Origin: Paraspadella gotoi | Lineage: Eukaryota > Animalia > Chaetognatha | Direction of reading: 5' to 3' | DNA length: 63,997 bases | Assembly: GCA_051294375.1 (NCBI GenBank) | Contig: CM119270.1 | Span: forward strand, 21,567,532-21,631,528 | Shown: positions 39,801 to 50,449 of the stretch, in pieces | Position numbering within the stretch: the first letter of the stretch is position 1 | How the letters are laid out: each line of letters begins with the position of its first letter | Made by a program: the position numbers and the translations under genes | The notes under the pieces: generated by a model | Databases searched by the model: none | What the model saw: only the letters and a program-made list of their open reading frames with translations | What the model was told of the DNA's origin: nothing

Positions 39801-40381
39801 ACTTGATTGCACAATACTCCTGAAATATTGTAAAAAAAATTATGTATGTTTTATTTTCGCCGTAGGCTATATATATATATTATTTTTATAAAATCTGAAA
39901 TTTCATAGTTGTGTGTGTGNNNNNNNNNNNNNNNNNNNNNNNNNAAAAAAAAAAAAAATATGTATGGAAAAGTGGAATTAACTAAACATCTCATCGGCGA
40001 AAACGAGGCTCGTGACCCAAATAAGGTCAAACGTGTTTTCTCTCGAAATGGTCGATTGACCGGGAAAAGCTGAAAATGTGTGTATGAAGAGGAGGAGGAG
40101 GAGGAGGAGGAGGAAGAGGAGGAGGAAAAAGTGAGGAGTGTGAGAGGAATGGGAATTGTGACATTGAGAAATTGTGATAGATTGTGAAGAGAGAAAGAAC
40201 GATATGAATCATCGAGATTTGTGATGGAATCTTATTGATTGTGAATGGAATTTCACATTTATCCGGCCTGGACTCGACTTGATGTAAATGTCGCAGTATC
40301 GGAAGTATCGGAATTCCCTCCCCTTTAGTGCAGTCGTACATAAAACAGCATAAAAAACTGGACTCACACAATTTTTGTATT

Positions 40382-40806
40382 TGATGCAGTAGTGCTTTAC
40401 TTGCATGTCACAGTAACTCAGTGTCACACCTCTCACCTTTGATGTTGTAGTGCTTGACTTGTATGTCACAGTATCACACCTCTCACCTTTGATGTTGTAG
40501 TGCTTTACTTGCATGTCACAGTATCACAGTATCACACCACTCACCTTTGATGCTGTAGTGCTTGACTTGCATGTCACAGTAACACAGTATCACACCACTC
40601 ACATTTGATGCTGTAGTGCTTGACTTGCATGTCACAGTAACACAGTATCACACCACTCACCTTTGATGCTGTAGTAGTTGACTTGCATGTCACAGTAACA
40701 CAGTATCACACCACTCACCTTTGATACTGTAGTGCTTGACTTGCATGTCACAGTATGACAGTATCACACCACTCACCTTTGATGCAGTCGTACTCGACTT
40801 GCATGT
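40382..40806. repeat. Tandem 50-58-nt repeat: 7 duplicates of the lectin exon end plus donor
   Basis: Unit CAGTATCACACCACTCACCTTTGATGCTGTAGTGCTTGACTTGCATGTCA. The last copy is the real exon end. Confidence 0.95.
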
Positions 40807-40899
40807 AGCTCCGATACCACAACCCGCAGGCGTCCCGCACTCGTTTGAGATGTTCCACACCGACGGAGCACTCGGTGAGTCCGTCGCACTGACGAGGCA
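40777..40899 (-). CDS. Lectin membrane protein, exon for C-half of domain 1
   Basis: Acceptor ACCCCAG; 123 nt, phase 1 to 1. Translates VPRQCDGLTECSVGVEHLKRVRDACGLWYRSYMQVEYDCIK (C.G...C.V...D.C....Y.QVEYDC). Donor AAAG|GTGAGT. Confidence 0.87.
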
Positions 40900-40971
40900 C
40901 TGGGGTGTGGAAGAGGGGTGTTGGAATGGGAGGTCGAAGGGGTTCGGGGGTGTGAGTCAGTTAATATATCC

Positions 40972-41044
40972 GGCCTTGTGGCGCAATGGATAACGCGTCT
41001 GACTACGGATCAGAAGATTCCAGGTTCGAATCCTGGCAAGGTCG
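40972..41044 (+). tRNA. trnR-ACG: tRNA-Arg(ACG)
   Basis: 73 nt; acceptor stem GGCCTTG/CAAGGTC; anticodon arm TCTGA-CTACGGA-TCAGA; T arm GGTTCGAATCC; downstream T-runs. Confidence 0.97.
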
Positions 41045-41271
41045 ATGTTTTGCTTTTTACGAGAAAGGATCGTTTACAAGGAACGGAATTGTCTCATTAG
41101 GCGAGAGTCTGAAATGAAATTGTTATGAGCGAACGTATACTTCGTTTTATTTTAAATTAGTGACCAAAATACTAAAAAAGAAAATAAAAATTAAACATTT
41201 TGATTAATTTGATAATTTGAAGAATTGATGAATTGATTGCTAGATAAAAATGCTTTCTTTAACACAAAAAT

Positions 41272-41277
41272 GTCTCT

Positions 41278-41328
<51 letters not shown>

Positions 41329-41345
41329 GAGTCCACCCAGGGACG
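41272..41345 (+). tRNA. trnN-GTT: tRNA-Asn(GTT)
   Basis: 74 nt GTCTCTGTGGCGCAATCGGTTAGCGCG...CAGGGACG; anticodon arm TTCGG-CTGTTAA-CCGAA; poly-T terminator downstream. Confidence 0.97.
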
Positions 41346-41563
41346 GTGCACATTGTTTTTTGTTAATATCATAGTAAATATCAGAAATTGAAATTACTAA
41401 CCAAAAAGCCTAAAAATCTTTATTGAATTTGGAATCATTTAAAAGTTAAAGGAAAGGCCTCGTCTTAATACTTTTAATACTTAAAACTTAATACTTTTGT
41501 TTTTAAATATCGAAACGGATCTTTGTTTAATTTTTTTTCAAAATAAATAATAAATATTAATTA

Positions 41564-41635
41564 CTCCCATGCGGGGAATCGAACCCCGGCCGCGGCGGTG
41601 AAAGCGCCGAATCCTGACCACTAGACCACATGGGA
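41564..41635 (-). tRNA. trnE-TTC: tRNA-Glu(TTC)
   Basis: Reverse complement is TCCCATGTGGTCTAGTGGTCAGGATTCGGCGCTTTCACCGCCGCGGCCGGGGTTCGATTCCCCGCATGGGAG, 72 nt, with all stems pairing. Confidence 0.96.
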
Positions 41636-41737
41636 ACAATGTAATCACCATTGTTACAATAACTTAAAAACGTTCTAAAGATTAATAAATCGTTTATTGA
41701 TACTGCAACTTTTTCTTTTCAACATTCTATTCGTCGT

Positions 41738-41829
41738 CCCTTGATAGCTCAGCTGGTAGAGCGGAGGACTGTAGTAGGTTATATGTAACAGTTATCCTTA
41801 GGTCGCTGGTTCGAATCCGGCTCGAGGGA
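41738..41829 (+). tRNA. trnY-GTA: tRNA-Tyr(GTA) with 19-nt intron (41775-41793)
   Basis: CCCTTGATAGCTCAGCTGGTAGAGCGGAGGACTGTAG-[intron]-ATCCTTAGGTCGCTGGTTCGAATCCGGCTCGAGGGA. The intron is at the canonical 37/38 position and contains ACAG complementary to the anticodon arm. A T-run follows. Confidence 0.96.
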
Positions 41830-41963
41830 TTTCTTTTTTATTATAAAAAACAAAAAAAAATTGATAAAAAAGTACATAAACTAACAAAAGATAGATGTAT
41901 TTATACATATATATATAATTGATGGTATCGACTGATTCCTTTGCCTTCCTACCCCAAATGCAC

Positions 41964-42146
41964 CTGTGGTATTCTGGACGCAATCTCCGAGCAGATGCAG
42001 GCATCCGTGGTCAGAGTGTTTGTTCCCGTTGCCGCCGTAGAAGGCGCCACGTGTCTTGATCGTGAATCCCATTGGACATTTGAGGGTCAGTTGACGGACG
42101 CCGGTAGATGCCGTGCAGACGGAGGTGGATTGGGGCTGACCCAAGG
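41964..42146 (-). CDS. Dual SUEL/RBL lectin-like domain membrane protein, exon for N-half of domain 1
   Basis: Acceptor CCCCACAG; 183 nt, phase 1 to 1. Translates ALGQPQSTSVCTASTGVRQLTLKCPMGFTIKTRGAFYGGNGNKHSDHGCLHLLGDCVQNTT, matching the C....L.L.CP.G..I....A.YG pattern of SUEL domains. The signal-peptide exon was not identified. Confidence 0.85.
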
Positions 42147-42866
42147 CTGTGGGGAGTGAGAGCGAGAGAAAGAGGGAACAGAAAGAGGGGGAGAGAGGGA
42201 ACAGAGAGAGGGAGGGGAAGGGGAGGGGAATGAGAGGGGAAGGGGAGGGGAATGACAGGGGAAGGGGTGAAAATATGGACAAATGTGCTCCTTTTAAATT
42301 CTTTTTTTGAATGTGATTTAAATGCACATACAATTTGTAAATTGGCTTTATCACTTTAGCGTATTTTTAGCACGTTTCCTGACATTATATAAAAGTGCTT
42401 TGGTTTTAATTTATTCTTTTAATCTAACTTACATCTGACTGATCTCTTGAGTTTATTTATTAAGTATATTTATTAAAAAAAGTGTATTTATTAACTTTAC
42501 TTAATTGATCATACATCTGACTGATCTCTTAAGTTTATTCTCGAGAAACGATTAATGTTTTACTTTCTCTTTCCTTCTCGAGTTCCTTTTTTTCGAGACG
42601 AAGTCTAAAAAGCAATCAACATTTCAGTCAAAACTCTTTTATATTCCGGGGAACCTTTTTCTCTTCCAAATAATATGGCAGTAAAAAATGGGGAGGAAAG
42701 GGAGGAAAGGAAAGGAAGGAAAGAAAAGTGAGAAAAGAAGGAAAGAAAAGAAAAGAGAATAAACGAGGGAAAGAGAAAAAGATGTAAATAAAAGGAAAGA
42801 CATAAAAATGAAAAAAAAAGAGAATGAGAAGGAAAACAAGAAAGAGAAGGAAAACAGTTGGGAAAA

Positions 42867-42917
<51 letters not shown>

Positions 42918-43022
42918 GCGGCTCCATCGAATTGACTCAGGGAGTTTATAAGGGCAATCAAGGTGGAGGAGAGACTGGTTTATGGTGAGATAAATTGAAA
43001 GGAAAGGATGGGGAGAAAGAGA

Positions 43023-43078
<56 letters not shown>

Positions 43079-43327
43079 CCAAAGTAGTAATCGTAAATGG
43101 GTCTCAAACATGATGAAGAGCTTAAAAACGGAGGTGGGAATTCTAACGTTATTGAAGTAAAGAGAGAGGGAGTGATATTTCAATGCAACTTCCGACTCTC
43201 TCTCTCTTTCTCTTTTTCTATCTTTTTCTCTATTTCTTTCTCTGTCTCTCTCAATCTCTATCTCTCTCTCTCTCTCCTACCTCCCCTCTCCATTTCTCCC
43301 CCGATATCTTTCTCTCTCTCTCTTCCC

Positions 43328-43420
<93 letters not shown>

Positions 43421-44720
43421 CACCTTTCGTCTTTTGTCGAAAAGCGACTACGACATAAAGAGACCGAAAAAGTTGCGGTCGGAGAATCGACGCCAGACGC
43501 ATGGAATGGCATGGCGAGGTGACATGGTCTGGGGTGACATGCTCTGAAATTCAATTGTTATGGAATGAAACATAGTGGCATGGAGTAGCATGGCGTGGAA
43601 TATAATTATGGCATGCTAGGTGCCATTGCTTCATGACATGGTTTGCCAATAATCCCGATGGCCTTTTAGCTAAAGTGTGCCGAGCGTTATTGAAAATAGT
43701 TCGTAATAATTGAATTTAGATATTAGGCATTACGGATATAAGTTTATTACAACTCCCAGTGGCCCACCATAAAAAGCCAACGATGTCTTTGACAAAGACT
43801 TTGTCGTTGTTTTTTGGCCTCAGATTAAAGAATATTAATATTAATTTGGATGATTTTCGGGGTCTGACGGGGAGAGTCATACTTAGAAGTTAGAAAAATG
43901 TTAAGTTCAATTTTAGGGGATGAATCACTGAAAAACTCTATTGGTGAATCACGATGTATCTCATGGGAATGTCACAGAGAAACATCATACTGCTTACATC
44001 ATACTACTTACATCATACTCCATAGGAAAACGTTATGGAAATTTCATACTGAAATACCTTTTGAAAACATAATGTAATTTTCTAACTGAGAAAGAAATTG
44101 ATTTTTGAATATTGAGATGAACTCAATTGAAAATTAACTTGAATTTTTATTATACAAATTCTATGAGAAACAAACCAACAAAACAAAAAAAACTGCGTTG
44201 ACTAAAAACTGAGAAAACGTTGCGAAGGAAAATAATCTTAAGCCAAAGTGGATAAAAGTTTTTTTCGTCGTCAAGGTAACCGCGTGTGAGACGGGTATTG
44301 AGAATGAAAGGGAGATGGAGAGGGAGACAAAGAGGAAGAGGGAGAGGGAGACGAAGAGGGAGAGAGAGAGAGAGACCAAGAGGGAGAGGGAGACAAGTTG
44401 AAAATTGAACATGCAAAGGCCATCTTTATTTCTTTCATGTTATAAAATATCTTATTTAAACATAAAACCATATCATAGTCCCAGTGATGGTATTACCCAT
44501 TATATTCGTAAGTAATAAACTGCCATAAGAAATGATTTATCACTTTCAAGTCGGATAATCTGTCACAGCATTTATCACTTTTAAGTCTGATAATCTGTCA
44601 CAGAATTTGATCCGAATTCGCTTATATACTCGCGGAAACGTGATAACCTGTCATAATCGTGTGCCAACTTATGATAGTCTTCAGGGTTGTGACAGCCACA
44701 CCCCGCCCTTTCACTTATCG

Positions 44721-44850
<130 letters not shown>

Positions 44851-45568
44851 TTGCCAAAAAATCCTCATCCTTTTTCTCATCTTATCTTCTCTTCATAAGT
44901 TTTACTGTTCAAATACTAGTAATTAATATAGTGTTTTTAAAATGTTATACAGATATTTTCACATATTTCCTGCGATGATAGTAATTTCTTAACTTAGTTG
45001 TTTAAAAAAGTCAGTTCTTGTCTTCACAATGCAATAAATATTAATATATGGTTTGACAGTTGTTATATTACTCACTATTAAGAAGCCTCTTTAGAGTTTA
45101 AATGTTACATTAATTATATTACATTCGATTAAAAAGGGAATTAACTTATAAAAGTTTGTCTCTTTGATCCCCGGTCCTGGACGAAGACATGACCATGTTA
45201 AGCTCGAGGCGTCGCTACGTCATGAAGCCTATTAATTGGTTTATGAGTTCAGAAAAAAAGAATTGGTTCCTTTCTATTTGAGATGCGAATCCATGAATAA
45301 ATGAAGCGAAAGGGAAAAAGAAAAAAAAAAAGAAAAGAAAAGAAAAAAAAGAAAGAAGAAAATAAATAAAAAGAAATAAAAAGGAAAAAGAAAAGAAAGA
45401 AGTAAAGAAAAAAGAAAAGAAATAAAAAGGAAAAGAAAGAAGAAAAGAAAAGGAGAAGATTAAAAATGAAAAGGACGATACGAAAAAAGCGAAGAGGATA
45501 AATTAAATCCAATCTGGAACAAGCACCTGCTCAATCGATTCAATTTATTGGCAATAAATCTAAACAGC

Positions 45569-45628
<60 letters not shown>

Positions 45629-46669
45629 TAAATATCAACTGCCTTTCATCATTTTCAATGACGACCAATTTTATCCAATATTTTTCTCCAATCAATATTT
45701 TTTTGGTTAGAAATTTTTATTCCTCATATTTTTTTTTGGTTAGATTTTCTGACATCAAGTTTCCTTTGCCAGTTTGCAATTATTTTAATGCAATGAAACT
45801 CTTATTAATAAGCAGCTCTACGATAACTACGACACTACGAACGATTACTATGTTTGAAGGTAAAGTCACTTTCGTTGCTAGGCAACGACCCCAAAATCCC
45901 CCGCCTTCATTTTCCACAATTCATCTTCCTTCATTCGTTTTCAACTTTCAGTTTTCCAATTGTCAATTTTCATCATTAATTTCAGGCCACATTTTTTTCA
46001 TCAGCGAGGAAATTAGAGGCAAAAAAATTAAAAATGGATTTTTTGTTGGCGCCAGACGAGAACGTCGTTGCTATGTGGAAAAGGAGGGAAGAGGCCGGGG
46101 GAAGAGGCCACGGAGAGAGGCCAGATGGCAACGTCGAAGTAACGTGGAAAGGGGGACGGAAGCCTGGGGAAGAGGCCACGGAAAGAGGCCTTTAAAAAAA
46201 TAGGCCTTAAAAAGAAAAGCCATGAAAAAGGGCCAAATAACGCAAAAAGAAGGAAGAGGCCACAGAAAAAGGGTACAGCAAAAAGGTCTTCAAGAAAGAA
46301 AGGCCAATGGAAGGAGGCCAGATAGACACACAAAAATAGGAAAGAGGCCATGACAAAAGAATACAGGAAAAAAGGCCAAAGAAAGGGGCCAACTAAAAAG
46401 AAAAAAATTTGGAAAGAAGCCAGGGAGGAAGAGTCTCTGAAAAAAGGGAGGCCATAGGAAGAGGCCAGGAAAAAGTGGGGCCAGGAAGCGAGCGGAAGGA
46501 AAATGAATCAAAAAGATGAAAAATGAAAAAGAACGACGACACAATAGACAACAACAACAAAAACGACAACAACAACAAACAGAAGTCATCCATGAAATAA
46601 AAAATCACAAAAAAAATGAAATCCTGTTTAGATGGAGTTGTGACGGTGAGTTTTGTTCGAGAATAAAAC

Positions 46670-46784
<115 letters not shown>

Positions 46785-46984
46785 CTTTTTTCGATACGGA
46801 GAGGGTACAAAGGTGGGTTCAATCAAAACCAAAAAAAAAATAAATAAAAAAAATAAAAAGAAATAAGTTCGACTGAGACGCAGATGTTTTTTCTGTTTCG
46901 TTTTTCTGTTTTTTGTTTTTTTTTGTTTTCTACTTTTTGACTTGAGTTTATTGGAAATTGAAAATTCGAAGGTGAAGTAAAAGG

Positions 46985-47660
46985 ATGAGAGAATGATAGA
47001 ATCAGTGAATGAGAGAATGGGAATAAGAATGAGAGAATGAGAAAATGAGAGAATCAGTGAATGAGAGAATGAGAATAAAAGAATGAGAATGAGAGAATGA
47101 GATTGATAATGAGATTGAGAATGAGAGAATGTGAGAATGAGAGAATCAGTGAATGAGAGAATGAGAATATGAGAATGAGAGAATGAGAATGATAGAATGT
47201 GAATGAGAATGAGAGAACCAGTGAATGAGAGAATGAGAATGAGAGCATTAGAGAATCAATGATTGAGAGAATGAGAATGAGAGAATGAGAATGAAAGAAT
47301 GAGAATGAGAGAATCAGTGAATGAGAGAATCAGTGAATGAGAGAATGAGCGAATGAAAATGAGAGAATGAGAATGAGCGAATGAGAATGAGCGAATAATA
47401 ATGAGAGAATGAGAATAAGAATGAGAGAATCAGTGAATGAAAGAGTGAGAATGAGAGAATGAGAATGAGATATTACAAATGAGAGATTGATAATGAGAAT
47501 GAGATAATCAGTGAATGAGAGATTGAGAATGAGAGAATGAGAAGAATGAGAAGAATGAGAATTAGAGAATGAGAGAACGAGATTGAGAGAACGAGATTGA
47601 GAATGAGAGAATGAGAATGTAAGAAAGATGGAATGAAGAAAGAATGTAAGAATATAAGAA
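46985..47660. repeat. Degenerate (GAGAAT)n/(GAATGAGA)n simple satellite
   Basis: Directly visible, with recurring CAGTGAATGA variants. Confidence 0.9.
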
Positions 47661-47961
47661 TGCGAGACATGAAGAATGTTCAAATTGAGATGAATTGATT
47701 TTAGAATGCAAAACGGAATGCCATGGAATGCAAAGGTAAAAGATTAAGAAGGCAAATTGGAGGAAAAGGGGAGGATGCGGGGCTGGTTAGCAGGGCGTGA
47801 TAAGATTTGTTAGCAGGGCTGAGAAGTGATTGAACTCATTAGGCGGCCTGAGTAGTGATAATACTTGTTATCAGTGTTCAGAAGTGATAGGACTCGTTAG
47901 AAGGGCAGTTTATCAGATGACAGAGTGAAGAAAGAAAGAAGACGTAATTTGATTGTTAAAA

Positions 47962-48310
47962 GTGGACAAAGCGGACAAAGCAGCGGAAGCGGACAAAGCA
48001 GCGGGAGCGGACAAAGCAGCAGAGGCGGACAAAGCACCGGAAGCGGAAAAAGCAGCGGAAGTGAACAAAGCAGCGGAGACGGACAAAGCAGCAGAAGTGG
48101 ACACAAGGCAGCGGAAAGCCGGACAAAGCAGCGGAGGCGACAAAGAAGCGGAGGCGGACAAAGCAGCGGAAGAGGACAAGCAGCGGAAGCGACAAAGCAG
48201 CGGAGACGGACAAAGCAGCGGAGAAGGACAAAGCAGCAGAAGTGGACAAGGCAGCAGAGGCGGACAAAGCAGCGGAAGCGGACAAAGCAGCGGAAGCGGA
48301 CAAAGCAGCG
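47962..48310. repeat. 18-nt tandem repeat GCGGACAAAGCAGCGGAA, about 19 copies
   Basis: Directly visible; reads ADKAAE, GQSSGS or RTKQRK in the three + frames. Confidence 0.92.
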
Positions 48311-48721
48311 TTAGCGGACGGAATCGAGAAATCGCGTTTAATCAACGAAGGCGTCGCCGTCGTGAATTCGCGAGCGGACGGGGGTCGGCTGCAGCGGCTG
48401 CAGCGGCTGCAGCGGCCGGTTCTGCTGCTGACAGGTGACAGTCAGTGACGGAGGTGAAGGTGAGAGGATGTGATTTGGTTGAGATAATAAGGGAATCAGG
48501 TGAGATTTTTTGTGAAACTCTGGTCAGATGTGAATTCGAGTGAAGATCGGATCTTCGGATCGGCGATAATGACAGATACATGACGACATCTACAATTGTC
48601 AATTGTCAGCACTTTTTGGTAAAGATGACAATGAGTTGAGAGATGATAAAGTAGTGACCCTGTCGGCGAATTCAAGCGACCGTGGCAACGCGTCGACGAC
48701 CGTGACAGCTGCGTCTTTTTC

Positions 48722-48764
<43 letters not shown>

Positions 48765-49202
48765 GCGAGTTTTTTTGATTGAAAAATCTGTGATTGTGAG
48801 TCTGTGAGACTGGAGGTGAAAAGGTGAGACCGGAGCGAGAAAAGAAAAAGGAAAAAAAAAGGAGGAAAGAAAAAAAAAGGAAATGAGGAACGAAGGAAAA
48901 GGATAAAAAAAGGAAAGAAAAAAGAAAACAATAAAAAAAGGAAAAAAGAAAGAAAAAAGGAAAAAAGGGGAAAAAAAAGGAAAGAAATGGTTTTTTGATT
49001 CGTGAATATTTTATTTCACAATTATTTTTCTCTCTTGGTTTTTTTTTTTTTTTTAGTCGTGAAACGAAATTTCGATGTGAAGGAAACAAAATGAATAAAT
49101 CAAAGAAAAAAATTCAAGATTGATTTTATTTTGATGATGATGAAATCTTTTTATCACTAAAACTTTTTATCACTAAAACTTGGTTAAAGGTCAATCCAAC
49201 CA

Positions 49203-49450
49203 TTGGACACGTGGAGAAGTGGCTATTTGGGCTGCAGAGTGCAGAGTGCCACCCACAATTTGTATAACCAGGTCTCGCAGCCATAGAATGGTTCCTGGGC
49301 TTCGAACCAGGTTCGATGGTTTTATCAGGCGGCTTACGGTCGTCCTCTCTATTCACGGTGGGTAAATACCACTGGGTATCGATCCTAGTACCTGATGATC
49401 ATGAGCTGATGGATTTACTCAATGAGTAACCGGCTTGTAGGCGGGGTCAA
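49203..49450 (-). mobile_element. SINE-like element, same family
   Basis: Plus strand reads GGTTCCTGGGCTTCGAACC...GTACCTGATGATCATGAGCTGATGGATTTACTCAATGAGTAACCGGCTTGTAGGCGGGGT. Confidence 0.62.
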
Positions 49451-50194
49451 CATATAGTATTGCCTGACTACGTGACTCTAGTAATGAAAGGATTTTCATC
49501 TGATTCTTTTGAGTTAAAGACAAAAAGAAAAAAAAAGAAAAAAAGGGAAAAAAAGAAAAACAGGAAAAAAAAGGGAAAAAAAGAAAAAAAAAGAAAAAAA
49601 GAAAAAAGGAAAAAAGATGGTTGGGATTTGGAAATCTCGTGAGTCGCGGATTCTGTTGCCAGAGACGAGGGTGAACGGAAATAGTTTCACTGTGAAAAAT
49701 CACGAGTTTGTATCTCTGTCTCTGTCTCTCTCTCACTCTATCTCTCACACACCTGAGGCCGACGATAAGCGAAAGAAGGAATTAAATGTGACGAAATTCA
49801 TTCGCGTGAATTTGTTTCACTAATTTCTTCACAGATTATTTGTGAATTAAATATTTCCATGAAGGATGAAAGTTGGGGATTTGAGATTAGCGGATTAAGG
49901 GTTATAGATTAAGTTATATATTTGGTTAGAGCTTAAAATTTTGACTTAAAATCAAGTTTATGGATTAACGAACATAAATGAGGCGTTTTTGGAAAATAGT
50001 ACAGTTTTTTCTAAATTAATATAAACATGCAGAAGTATCATGACAAGCCATGACATGACATGTCAGGTCATGATATTAGATGACATGTCAGGTCATGACA
50101 TCGAAAAAAAAAAAAAAATTTGCGTCTGACATAAAAGAAAGTTTTTCGTCCAAAAGGGAGATTAGGGAGATCATATTCCATATGACCCCTTTGC

Positions 50195-50302
<108 letters not shown>

Positions 50303-50412
50303 AAAAGCGAGAATGAAATATATGAGTGGGAGTGTCCAACTGAGCGATTCCGATTTTGAATGGCGAGCGCGTCAAGGGAAAGGGGAGCTGGCGTTTTGTG
50401 TGGCGAGGTCAT

Positions 50413-50449
<37 letters not shown>

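Larger units (their letters stand above)
30465..39875. repeat. Large inverted duplication (arms about 30465-34205 and 36315-39875), probably an assembly artefact
   Basis: The right arm is an indel-rich reverse complement of the left arm and ends near a 25-N gap (39920-39944). Confidence 0.9.

Noticed and set aside
46530-46600. MDDFCLLLLSFLLLLSIVSS as the signal-peptide exon of the lectin gene
   Set aside because: The hydrophobicity derives from a (TTG)n repeat, and no phase-1 donor follows at a suitable position.
49390-49412. Hammerhead ribozyme core (CTGATGA)
   Set aside because: There is no stem II followed by GAAA. The motif is part of the SINE head read on the opposite strand.
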